Shown here one piece after another: positions 18,170 to 26,213 of a stretch of DNA of 64,000 nucleotides. The first letter of the stretch is position 1; every line of letters starts with the position of its first letter. The notes under the pieces were generated by a model. It made no database searches and was not told the DNA's origin. It was given only the letters and a program-made list of their open reading frames with translations. This stretch comes from Chloroflexota bacterium (GTDB taxonomy: Bacteria > Chloroflexota > Anaerolineae > UBA1429): positions 22,968 to 86,967 of the forward strand of contig DAIPBO010000001.1 in the NCBI GenBank assembly GCA_036774405.1, written 5' to 3'. A program made the translations under genes and the position numbers.

Positions 18170-19878
18170 AGCACCTCATAGGGCGCAAGTTTCAGCTTGA
18201 CGTGCCCCTGTGATGGTGCAAAAGCACGGCCCGACAGCACATCGATAGCGTTGCGGTCGAGCGGCGCCCAACAGACCATCTCATGGTCAGAGACGTTGAT
18301 GAGGCACAGCACCGGCGCGCCGCTGCAGGGTTGCCGGCGTAAGGCCAGCAGTTCTGGCTCAAGGTCGAGAACCTGTTGCCCCGCCGTTGGGTGAAAGGCA
18401 GGTTCGGCGCGACGCGTCGTCAAGAGCCGCTCAAAGCCGGCGAGCACAGCGGCGCGCAGTGAGCCCGCATGGTCGAGCTCTTGCTCAAGACGGGCGCGAG
18501 CCAGTTTCTCGCGGTTGATGGAGCGTGGGTGCCCCGTCTGTCGCACACCCTCGTGGTCGTTGCGCGAGCCGAGCAGGCTGTGTACGTAAATGGCCGGCAC
18601 GCCCTGCAGCGAAAGAATCACAGCGTGCGCCGCCATAAAGCGGGCCACCTGCAGGGCCTGTGCCTCGTCTGCTCGCGGATCTGATAAAGCGTCAAAGTAA
18701 GAGATGTTGAGCTCATAGGCGGTCTGGCTGCCATCGGGGTTGCTGCGGTACGAGACATGGCCGCCATGCCGCTGAACACGTTCGGCCAGCGCCTGCACCT
18801 CGCTGGGGGGCAGAATCCCCTCCACTGGTCGCACCCCAATCCCATCGTGCGACGCCAGAAAGTTGTAGAAGGTTGCCTCTGGCCCTGGGTCCATCAGACT
18901 CTGCGCCCAGTGCGTGAGGTAGCTCGCGTCTCCGCTGGCGATGGCATGCAGCGTCAGCGGGGGTAGCGGGAACTGATAGACGAGTTGTGCTTCATCAATG
19001 CCATTGCCAAAGTACGAGATGTTCTCGGTATGCGGCACATTCGTCTCAGTGATGATCATGACCCCTGGCGCCACCTGATCCAGGATGGCGCGCAAGAGCT
19101 TGACCACGCGGTGCGTCTCTTCGAGATGAATGCAAGACGTGCCGATACGCTTCCAGAGATAGGCGATGGCATCGAGGCGAATGATCTCGGCGCCCTGCGC
19201 GGCATAGTAGAGAAGCACATCGATCATGCGTAACAACAGGGTTGGCTCGGCAAAGTTCAGATCGATCTGGTCGTCACTGAAGGTGGTCCATACCCACCGT
19301 GGCCCAGCAGATGTCTCAACCTGGGTGAGCAGCGGCAGCGTCCGCGGTCGCGTTACCTGCGACAGGTCGGCACCGGGATCGACGACGATAAAGTGGTTGG
19401 CGAATTCGTCGTCTCCTGCGCAAAAGCGCTTGAACCACTCGCTCTGACGCGACATGTGGTTCAGCACGAGGTCAAACATCAGCCGGAACGAGCCTCCAAT
19501 GGCGGTGATATCATCCCAGGTACCCCATGCCGGATTGACCTGCAGATAGTCGACAACCGCAAAGCCGTCATCTGAAGAGTAGGGGCAAAAGGGCAAGATG
19601 TGTACGGTGCTCACTAGACCCTGCAGGCGCTCCGCAGCAAACTCGCCCAGGCTACGCAGGGGCTTGATGCCGGGCTCGCGCACCTGATCGCCGTAGGTAA
19701 TCAACACCACATCCCGCTCGGTGAGGCGCTCGCCGGCGCCAGAACGCTTTGCCAAAAGCTCGGGGTGCCGTCGGGCAAAGGCGTCGAGGCGCTCTTGTAG
19801 CGGCTCGTACACTGCCGAGCCGCGGTCGCCATACAGAAAGGTCAGGTGTTCGCGTATGGTCTGGGCGTGGGCGGGCAT
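18145..19878 (-). CDS. sucrose phosphorylase-family glycoside phosphorylase (GH13_18)
   Basis: VVLITYGDQV, VHILPFCPYSSDDGF, LVLNHMS, RLDAIAYLWK, THDGIGV motifs. These parallel the Bifidobacterium sucrose phosphorylase catalytic regions. Confidence 0.75.
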   Translation of the reverse strand: MPAHAQTIREHLTFLYGDRGSAVYEPLQERLDAFARRHPELLAKRSGAGERLTERDVVLITYGDQVREPGIKPLRSLGEFAAERLQGLVSTVHILPFCPYSSDDGFAVVDYLQVNPAWGTWDDITAIGGSFRLMFDLVLNHMSRQSEWFKRFCAGDDEFANHFIVVDPGADLSQVTRPRTLPLLTQVETSAGPRWVWTTFSDDQIDLNFAEPTLLLRMIDVLLYYAAQGAEIIRLDAIAYLWKRIGTSCIHLEETHRVVKLLRAILDQVAPGVMIITETNVPHTENISYFGNGIDEAQLVYQFPLPPLTLHAIASGDASYLTHWAQSLMDPGPEATFYNFLASHDGIGVRPVEGILPPSEVQALAERVQRHGGHVSYRSNPDGSQTAYELNISYFDALSDPRADEAQALQVARFMAAHAVILSLQGVPAIYVHSLLGSRNDHEGVRQTGHPRSINREKLARARLEQELDHAGSLRAAVLAGFERLLTTRRAEPAFHPTAGQQVLDLEPELLALRRQPCSGAPVLCLINVSDHEMVCWAPLDRNAIDVLSGRAFAPSQGHVKLKLAPYEVLWLKEVQA

Positions 19879-19983
19879 GTTCCACCTCCGGGCACACTGC
19901 AGGCCGGTAGCTACGCCGGGGAGTGAGTCTACGACGCCATTATGCCTCGAGAGCGCTGCGGCATCAAGGATCTCTCGGGCGGC

Positions 19984-21144
19984 CTATGGTCGGTAGATCG
20001 ACACCTCGAGGTCGCCCCAGTCGGCAAAGCTGAGGGTGAAAGGCGCGGTGATGTCTGGCGGCGCGGGGAACAGCCACCAAAAAGAGGTCGACTCGCCGCC
20101 CTCTAGGGTCCAGGCCTCCTGTCGCCACTGCTGACAGGCCCATTGTGTGGGCAGCAGGCGCTGGCCGTTGGCCGCCAGTAGATAGAAGCGCGGCCGCTCA
20201 TCATCGTTCTGCAGGCATGCCAGATGGTTGCGGATCGTGGTGCTATTTGTCACTGTGACGCGCACCAGCAAATCGCCCTCTGGTCGCACCTCGACAGAAT
20301 CGAGCTGCAATGTCCAGCCACGGTCGGTCCCTACGACGCGGTTGAGGGGATGCACACCCACCAACTGTCGCCCGGCGCCCTGGCGCGCCTCCTCGGCGAG
20401 TCTTTGCGCGCTGCGGTAACCGCCATCACAGGCCAGCAGCGCACTGAGCAGCCGGAGAGCCTCGGCATCATGGCCGTCGGATAGGGCCTGTTCGGCAGCC
20501 CGGTAGGTGCGCTCTAGATAGCGCTGCCCCAGGCGATCGATGTCGCGATAGTTGGGCGCTGTTGAAAACAGGCGCTTGTACCGGTCTAGCGCCGTTTCCC
20601 AGTCGCCACGGTCGGCGGCGCTCTGCATGGCATCGTAGAGCGCGTCCAGCTCGTTCGCCCGAGCGACCATTTGTGAGCGCAACGCGTCTGCGCTGCGATA
20701 GTCGCCCAGGTCGCCATAGAGCTCTGCGGCATGCGCATAGTCGTCGTTAGCAGCACTTTGCTCAGCCTGAGCATAGCGTGCATCGAGGCGTGCGATCACG
20801 CGAGGCAGGTCGGTCTGAACGGCGCGGTGCGCAGGGTCTAGGGCCGCGATGTGCTCTAGCGTCACATAGGCGTCATACCAGCGTCGTTGCCGCATGGCAG
20901 AGCGGGCTGCATCAAGGTGCAGCTCTATGGTCTCGATGTGCGTCAGGGCATCGGCGGCGCGCTCTTGCGCGTCGGCTAGTCGACCTGCCTTGGCAAAGGC
21001 ACGGGCGGCGCCAGCCCAGTCATTCTTCTCTATGGCCAGAACGCCCCGGCCATACCACTCCTCAGGAGTAGGCTGACAGCCAGCGAGCGCCGCCAGCAAT
21101 AGGGCGATTGCCACCAGTAGAGAGCGATGCAAACGGTAATGCAT
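19984..21144 (-). CDS. TPR-repeat lipoprotein with a C-terminal beta-rich domain
   Basis: Signal peptide with lipobox LAGC. Repeated helical A/Y-rich TPR-like segments. No catalytic motifs. Confidence 0.5.
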   Translation of the reverse strand: MHYRLHRSLLVAIALLLAALAGCQPTPEEWYGRGVLAIEKNDWAGAARAFAKAGRLADAQERAADALTHIETIELHLDAARSAMRQRRWYDAYVTLEHIAALDPAHRAVQTDLPRVIARLDARYAQAEQSAANDDYAHAAELYGDLGDYRSADALRSQMVARANELDALYDAMQSAADRGDWETALDRYKRLFSTAPNYRDIDRLGQRYLERTYRAAEQALSDGHDAEALRLLSALLACDGGYRSAQRLAEEARQGAGRQLVGVHPLNRVVGTDRGWTLQLDSVEVRPEGDLLVRVTVTNSTTIRNHLACLQNDDERPRFYLLAANGQRLLPTQWACQQWRQEAWTLEGGESTSFWWLFPAPPDITAPFTLSFADWGDLEVSIYRP

Positions 21145-21174
21145 GGGCGATCACTCGAACAGTGTTTGACCCAT

Positions 21175-21203
21175 ATCGTAGAGTAGGTGCCCAGGTACGT
21201 CAA
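21175..21203 (-). promoter_or_regulatory. candidate promoter of the lipoprotein gene (TTGACG-17-TACGAT)
   Basis: Minus strand: -35 TTGACG (21198-21203), -10 TACGAT (21175-21180), 17-nt spacer. Confidence 0.35.
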
Positions 21204-21206
21204 TCG

Positions 21207-21232
21207 CCTAGGGCGGCGTGCGCCGCCCTAGG
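21207..21232 (-). terminator. stem-loop terminator downstream of the RIO kinase gene
   Basis: CCTAGGGCGGCG/CGCCGCCCTAGG 11-12 bp stem, 25 nt below the kinase stop at 21244. No U tract. Confidence 0.45.
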
Positions 21233-21243
21233 CACAGCACACG

Positions 21244-22332
21244 CTAGTCTTTCTCCAAGAGGCTCAAGTCATAGTCTCGAGCCGCCCACGATTCATCTGC
21301 CCCGTAACGCCGCCACAGGTCAGTGGCCAGTGCTTTGGCGTCGCAGTCGACGCCCTGTCGCGCAAAGTACTCGCACACCCGCTGCACGTCACGCGCCAGG
21401 ATGCCCTGCGACCTGCGGTTGCCTTCGAGGAGCGTCACCTGGGGGAGATCGATGATCTGCGGCGCATCATCCCAATAGAGGATATTGTAGGCTGATAGAT
21501 CGCCATGGACCATGCCATGCTGCAGCATGATCTCAATATTGTTAAGAACACGCTCAAACAGGGCTCGCGCTCTGTTGCGCCCCAGGCGCACGGCGTTGAG
21601 CGTGGGTGCGGCCGCGTGCTCATCACCCACAAAGGCCATCAAGATGGCATTGGCCTCGACCGCATGGGGCTGCGGCACGTCGGCCCCGGCAGCATAGAGT
21701 GTTTGCATGGCGGTGAACTCGTACATGAGCCACGAGGTATGGCGCAGCGTTTCGCCAAAGCGCGTTCGCCCGGCGATGGCGCGCATCTCGCGCTGGTCGC
21801 GCTCTGTGAGCGCTTTGCCCGAAAGAGTCAGGGGCGCGCGCCCCTCCAGATAGGCCGAGTCGTTGCGCAGATTACGGAACTGGCGTGGTCGATAGACCTT
21901 GGCCGCCACCAGAGGTTCAGAGATGGGGCCGGCTGAGACACAGCGGTAGACGCAGGCCTCTTTGCCGCCCTTGACCATACTGAGTACGTCGGCGATCAGC
22001 TCGCGGTCGTAAAAGCCGCGCAACGCACCCTCGAGCCATGGACGTTCAAAGCGGCTGGGCGTGTAGGTCATCGGCAGACCGGCCTCTACGGGCGTGGGCT
22101 CGGCCAGCGCGCTGACCTGTTCCTGATAGCTCGCAGCGGGCTTGCGACGCCGGCTCTGAGGGCGCTCATCGTCGATCGTGATGTTGTAGCGTTGTTCATA
22201 GTAGGCGATGGGATCGAGTTCGTCGTCCAAAGTTGTCTTCCTCATCGTGCACAGCCTGATAGGATCGTTCGCCCTTTTCACGGAGCCAGCGCCTACAAAC
22301 GCCAGCGCCGCCACAAACGCAGACCTGAGCAT
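21244..22332 (-). CDS. RIO-type serine protein kinase/ATPase with an N-terminal extension of about 110 aa
   Basis: GGKEACVY, HGDLSAYNIL catalytic loop, IIDLPQ motif typical of RIO1/RIO2 kinases. Start uncertain (ATG 22330-22332 or ATG 22245). The first ATG after the Shine-Dalgarno sequence (22337-22339) is in another frame. Confidence 0.7.
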   Translation of the reverse strand: MLRSAFVAALAFVGAGSVKRANDPIRLCTMRKTTLDDELDPIAYYEQRYNITIDDERPQSRRRKPAASYQEQVSALAEPTPVEAGLPMTYTPSRFERPWLEGALRGFYDRELIADVLSMVKGGKEACVYRCVSAGPISEPLVAAKVYRPRQFRNLRNDSAYLEGRAPLTLSGKALTERDQREMRAIAGRTRFGETLRHTSWLMYEFTAMQTLYAAGADVPQPHAVEANAILMAFVGDEHAAAPTLNAVRLGRNRARALFERVLNNIEIMLQHGMVHGDLSAYNILYWDDAPQIIDLPQVTLLEGNRRSQGILARDVQRVCEYFARQGVDCDAKALATDLWRRYGADESWAARDYDLSLLEKD

Positions 22333-22362
22333 CTTTCATCAGTGCCACCTCCTCTGTCTGGC

Positions 22363-22393
22363 AACAAAAAAGGCCGCGGAACGCTCCACGGCC
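22363..22393 (-). terminator. intrinsic terminator-like hairpin plus U tract in the kinase leader (proximal)
   Basis: Minus strand GGCCGUGG-AGCGUU-CCGCGGCC followed by UUUUUUGUUG. Ends about 10 nt before the AGGAGG Shine-Dalgarno sequence of the kinase. Confidence 0.55.
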
Positions 22394-22420
22394 AGGCAGA
22401 GAGACCATTTAGGTCTCGGT

Positions 22421-22458
22421 AAACAAAACGGCCGCGAGAGCGTCATGCACCCGCGGCC
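22421..22458 (-). terminator. intrinsic terminator-like hairpin plus U tract in the kinase leader (distal)
   Basis: Minus strand GGCCGCG-15 nt loop-CGCGGCC followed by GUUUUGUUU. Confidence 0.5.
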
Positions 22459-22487
22459 ATGTCGAGCAGCAGAAATGCTTGTCGACG

Positions 22488-22544
22488 CTAGGCCCTCAGG
22501 CGCACGAAACGAACGCACAGAGCAACGACCCAAGCATGGCTCAT
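22488..22544 (-). CDS. putative 18-aa leader peptide (MSHAWVVALCVRFVRLRA)
   Basis: ATG at 22542-22544, 8 nt after an AAAGGAGG Shine-Dalgarno sequence. Stop TAG at 22488-22490. Lies between a promoter and two terminators. Confidence 0.3.
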   Translation of the reverse strand: MSHAWVVALCVRFVRLRA

Positions 22545-22575
22545 CTCACGCGCCTCCTTTCTAGCATCAAACCGT

Positions 22576-22630
22576 GGCTAGCATAGCAAAAACTGCGGCT
22601 AGCATAGCACGATGTGAGGGCTGCTGTCAA
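22576..22630 (-). promoter_or_regulatory. promoter (TTGACA-18-TATGCT) with two 13-nt direct repeats GGCTAGCATAGCA positioned like an operator
   Basis: Minus strand: -35 TTGACA at 22625-22630, -10 TATGCT at 22601-22606. Repeats at 22576-22588 and 22597-22609 (21-nt period): one overlaps the -10, the other lies just downstream of the predicted start. Confidence 0.45.
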
Positions 22631-22649
22631 GCGGCTCTGAACATCGCTG

Positions 22650-22997
22650 TCACCAGCCGATCAAGAGCAGCACCGCCATTACGACCTCGGAGCCCAGGCT
22701 GACCCAGTTAGAGCGCATCTGGGCGTTATCGACAAAGATGGCCACCAGCCGTACGATGGCGATGACGGCATAGGTCAGGCCCAGTACCTGCAGCGCCTCC
22801 ATGCGCCTAAAGATCAGCGGGGCCACTGCGAGCGCCACAAACACCCCGCCCATCACTGCCCTAATCTCGGATGCAGCACGCGGGCTGTCGGCCTTGAGGC
22901 CGGTAAAGCCCTCAATACGTTCTGGCCAGACCATGCTGTAGAGACCTACAAGCGCTGTAAAGACGGCGATAGCGATGCGGATGATGGTCAGAAGCAT
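22650..22997 (-). CDS. DUF4345-like small membrane protein (115 aa)
   Basis: Start moved to ATG 22995-22997 (MLLTIIRIAIAVF...), 6 nt after a GAGAGGAGG Shine-Dalgarno sequence. The upstream 150 codons of the ORF-track ORF overlap the radical SAM gene and look spurious. Three to four TM helices. Confidence 0.55.
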   Translation of the reverse strand: MLLTIIRIAIAVFTALVGLYSMVWPERIEGFTGLKADSPRAASEIRAVMGGVFVALAVAPLIFRRMEALQVLGLTYAVIAIVRLVAIFVDNAQMRSNWVSLGSEVVMAVLLLIGW

Positions 22998-23030
22998 CAG
23001 CGACCTCCTCTCGGGGCCATGGCTGCAGAC

Positions 23031-23060
23031 ATCATAGCCCCAGTGCCATCCGTTGCGCAA
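23031..23060 (-). promoter_or_regulatory. candidate promoter of the DUF4345 gene (TTGCGC-18-TATGAT)
   Basis: Minus strand: -35 TTGCGC (23055-23060), -10 TATGAT (23031-23036). Confidence 0.35.
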
Positions 23061-23076
23061 ACCTGTGCTGTGTTGT

Positions 23077-23105
23077 TTGACCTGTGGCGCCACTGACGGT
23101 AGCAT
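23077..23105 (+). promoter_or_regulatory. candidate promoter of the radical SAM gene (TTGACC-17-TAGCAT)
   Basis: -35 TTGACC 23077-23082, -10 TAGCAT 23100-23105. GGAGTGAGG Shine-Dalgarno sequence, ATG 23130. Confidence 0.4.
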
Positions 23106-23129
23106 CAGCCGATATCGCAGGAGTGAGGC

Positions 23130-24683
23130 ATGAGCTGGCAGGCGGCCGAGACGGCCAGAGAATTGCTGGTTGGTGAGCGAGGCGTCGTACGCCGAGACTG
23201 GGGTGGTCAGTTGCCCATCGCGCTGGTCTACCCTAACAGTTATGGCGTGGGCATGTCGAGCCTCGCCATCCACAGTCTCTATCGCTTCTTTAATGCCCAG
23301 CCCGGCGTGGTATGTGAGCGAGCCTTTGCCTGGCTCGGCCGCGCGCCTCGCAATGAGGGGCCGCCGCTTACCCTCGAGTCGCAACGGCCTCTGGCAGAGG
23401 CCGCGCTGGTGGCAATCTCGGTATCGTTCGAGATGGACTACTTTCACGTGGTCGACCTACTGCGGCGCGCCAACATCCCGGTGCGAGCTGCCGAGCGTGA
23501 TGATCGCCATCCCGTTGTGCTTATGGGCGGCCCAGCGGTTTCGGCCAATCCGGCTCCACTGGCTCTCATGGCCGATGCCATGCTTATCGGCGAGGCTGAA
23601 CCGGCGTTGGCGGCACTCACGGCGGCCCTCCGAGACGCGGCTGCCGATGGCCGCCGGGCGATCCTCGAGGCCTTGCAGGGCATTTGCGGCCTCTATGTGC
23701 CCCTGCTGCATGACGGCTCGCCGGTGCAACGCCTCTGCCTCGACGATCTGGACGCCTGGCCCACGGCTTCATCTGTGTACGCCCCTCAAGCCGAGTTTGG
23801 AGACATGCATCTCGTTGAGATCGCCAGGGGGTGCATGCGAGGCTGTCGGTTCTGTTTGGCGGGGTATCTGTATCGGCCGATGCGTCAGCGTTCTGTAGCC
23901 CATATCCTCGATCGCGCTCGCGAGGGGCGCACCTGGCACCGCAAGGTGGGTCTGGTGGCCGCCGCCGTGTCTGACTATGACGAGATCGACGCTCTGCTAG
24001 ACGGGCTGCGGGCGTTGGGCCTGGGTGTCTCGGCCTCGTCGCTACGCGTCAAACCTCTCTCGCCAGCGTTGCTGCAGGCGTTGCAGGATAGCGGCGCGCG
24101 CTCGGTCACCCTGGCGCCCGAGGCGGGCTCTGATCGGCTGCGGCGTGCCATTGCCAAGGGTGTTACTCGTGATGATCTACTGCAGGCGGCCGAGCGGCTG
24201 TCCGGACGCTTTGCCTCGCTCAAGCTCTACTACATGGTGGGGCTGCCGGGCGAGACCGACGCCGACGTGGCCGAGATCGTCTCTCTCTCAGCCGAGGCTC
24301 GGCGGCTGTTCGGCCGTGAGGTAGTGGTCAATGTAACACCCTTTGTCCCCAAGGCTCACACGCCCTTTGAGCGCCAGCCTCTGATGCCGTTGCCCGTGCT
24401 CGAGGCCCGCCTGCGAGATCTGCGCAGCCGCTGCCGTGCCGCAGGGCTGCAGTTTCGCAGTGAAGCTGCCTGGCAGGCGCAGGTACAGGCGGTGCTAGCC
24501 CGTGGCGACGCGGCCGTTGGTGAGGTGCTGCTGGCCCAGACGCGCCCAAACCCTCGACGCCTGCTCCGCGATATGGCCATGCACGAGGTTGACGCTGAGC
24601 GCTATCTGCAGGCGCAGCCTGCCCAGCAGCCGCTGCCCTGGGACATCATCTCACTCGACGCGTCGTGCGGGGCTGTATCATGA
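23130..24683 (+). CDS. B12-binding domain radical SAM protein (TIGR03960-like)
   Basis: N-terminal B12-binding-like region. CMRGCRFCLAG radical SAM Cx3Cx2C motif. 517 aa. Confidence 0.7.
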   Translation: MSWQAAETARELLVGERGVVRRDWGGQLPIALVYPNSYGVGMSSLAIHSLYRFFNAQPGVVCERAFAWLGRAPRNEGPPLTLESQRPLAEAALVAISVSFEMDYFHVVDLLRRANIPVRAAERDDRHPVVLMGGPAVSANPAPLALMADAMLIGEAEPALAALTAALRDAAADGRRAILEALQGICGLYVPLLHDGSPVQRLCLDDLDAWPTASSVYAPQAEFGDMHLVEIARGCMRGCRFCLAGYLYRPMRQRSVAHILDRAREGRTWHRKVGLVAAAVSDYDEIDALLDGLRALGLGVSASSLRVKPLSPALLQALQDSGARSVTLAPEAGSDRLRRAIAKGVTRDDLLQAAERLSGRFASLKLYYMVGLPGETDADVAEIVSLSAEARRLFGREVVVNVTPFVPKAHTPFERQPLMPLPVLEARLRDLRSRCRAAGLQFRSEAAWQAQVQAVLARGDAAVGEVLLAQTRPNPRRLLRDMAMHEVDAERYLQAQPAQQPLPWDIISLDASCGAVS

Positions 24684-25456
24684 TCTGGCATCAAGGGCCG
24701 CCGCCCTATCTCACTTTTGCGCGGCTGGGGCAGGGTCAGCGGCATGCGGTCTTTACTCGCTTGGGCGGCGTGAGTCAGGGGCATCTTGCCTCGTTGAACC
24801 AGAGTCTGATGGTGGCTGACGACCCTACGCATGTTCATGAAAATCAGCGCCGCGCCCAAGCTGTGCTACACTGTGTGCCAGAACAGGTGGTCAACTGCCA
24901 GCAGGTGCACGGCAACCATGTAACGGTGGTGACGGCGGCTGACGGCGGTGGTGTAGTGCCTGCCACCGATGGCTTGGTGACGGCTGACCCCGATGTGGTG
25001 TTGACGATGCGCTATGCCGATTGCGTGCCGGTGCTGCTCTATTGCGCTACGAGGGGCGTCGTAGGTCTCGCCCACGCTGGCTGGCGTGGCACCGTTCAGG
25101 GCGTAGCTGCTCAGACGGCCCTCGTGATGATGGAGGCGTTCGACTGCCTCCCTCACGAGATATCGGCCGGCATAGGACCCTCGATCGGCCCCTGCTGCTA
25201 CGAAGTGGGGCCACAGGTGGTCGTGGCCTTTGCCACGACTTTTCGCGACGAGGGGGTGATCGGCGCACCCACGCGCCATGGCCACGCGCGCATCGACTTG
25301 TGGCAGGCCAACGCGGCACAGCTGCGCGCGGTGGGCGTGCGGTCCATCGAGGTGAGCCGCTATTGCACTTATTGTCATCGAGACACCTTTTTCTCGCACC
25401 GCGGCGATTGCGGGCGAACGGGCCGCTTTGCGGTCTATCTCGGATTATTGCCCTAG
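24680..25456 (+). CDS. pgeF: peptidoglycan editing factor PgeF (YfiH/DUF152 laccase-domain family)
   Basis: HGNHVTVV, ADCVPV, AHAGWRG, CTYC...FFSHR motifs. ATG 24680 overlaps the upstream stop (ATGA). Confidence 0.8.
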   Translation: MIWHQGPPPYLTFARLGQGQRHAVFTRLGGVSQGHLASLNQSLMVADDPTHVHENQRRAQAVLHCVPEQVVNCQQVHGNHVTVVTAADGGGVVPATDGLVTADPDVVLTMRYADCVPVLLYCATRGVVGLAHAGWRGTVQGVAAQTALVMMEAFDCLPHEISAGIGPSIGPCCYEVGPQVVVAFATTFRDEGVIGAPTRHGHARIDLWQANAAQLRAVGVRSIEVSRYCTYCHRDTFFSHRGDCGRTGRFAVYLGLLP

Positions 25457-25470
25457 CCAGGAGAGGCAGG

Positions 25471-26202
25471 ATGCGATCCATCTGTGACACGGTGGCCAGG
25501 AACCTGGCGCAGGTTGAAGAACGTATCGTGGCGGCCTGCGAACGCAGTGGCCGCTCCCGCGAAGCGGTGACGTTGGTCGCCGTCACGAAAACCTGCACCC
25601 TTGACCAGGTGCGGGCCGCCTATGATTGTGGCCTGCGTGACGTGGGCGAGAACCGCCCAGAGGAGCTGCTGCTGCGCATCGAGGCGCTCGCTGGCGCCTA
25701 TGACGATGACCCACTGCGCTGGCATATGATCGGCCATGTGCAGGGCCGCAAGGTACCGGGCGTGGTGGCCGCCGCCGATGTGCTGCACTCGCTCGACTCG
25801 CTGCGGTTGGCTCAGCGGCTACAACGATTCGCGCAAGAGGGCGAGCGCAAGCTGCCCGTGATGGTGCAGCTCAACGTCTCGGGCGAGGCCAGCAAAGAGG
25901 GCTGGCCTGCCTGGTCCGACGAGCTATTGGATGAGACTATTTCGCTGCTGGCAGGCCTCGAGCATATGCCGCACCTGGTCGTGCTGGGGCTGATGACCCT
26001 GGCTCCATACGTTGCCGACCCAGAGCAGGCGCGGCCTGTGTTCCGGCGGCTACGGCAGGCGCAGGCCCTGATCCAGCAAAGGCTGCCCTTTGCTGCCTGG
26101 AGCGAGCTCTCGATGGGCATGACCAACGACTATGAGGTGGCCATCGAAGAGGGGGCCACCATGATAAGGATCGGGCGCGCTATCTTTGGTGAGCGCCGGT
26201 AG
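25471..26202 (+). CDS. yggS: YggS-family pyridoxal-phosphate homeostasis protein
   Basis: AVTKTCTLDQVRAAYDCGLRDVGENRPEEL...LSMGMTNDYEVAIEEGATMIRIGRAIFG. Start ATG 25471 after a GGAGAGG Shine-Dalgarno sequence. Confidence 0.85.
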   Translation: MRSICDTVARNLAQVEERIVAACERSGRSREAVTLVAVTKTCTLDQVRAAYDCGLRDVGENRPEELLLRIEALAGAYDDDPLRWHMIGHVQGRKVPGVVAAADVLHSLDSLRLAQRLQRFAQEGERKLPVMVQLNVSGEASKEGWPAWSDELLDETISLLAGLEHMPHLVVLGLMTLAPYVADPEQARPVFRRLRQAQALIQQRLPFAAWSELSMGMTNDYEVAIEEGATMIRIGRAIFGERR

Positions 26203-26213
26203 AAAGGACGACG

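Noticed and set aside
19879-19983. Intergenic regions scanned for tRNA or tmRNA genes.
   Set aside because: No cloverleaf-compatible segments or conserved T-loop/D-loop motifs seen in this or the other gaps inspected by eye (14866-14910 and 16156-16283 also checked).
22650-23447. Long 265-aa version of the DUF4345 ORF.
   Set aside because: The N-terminal 150 codons overlap the radical SAM gene and its promoter. An internal ATG at 22995-22997 with a perfect Shine-Dalgarno sequence gives a 115-aa membrane protein consistent with the family size.
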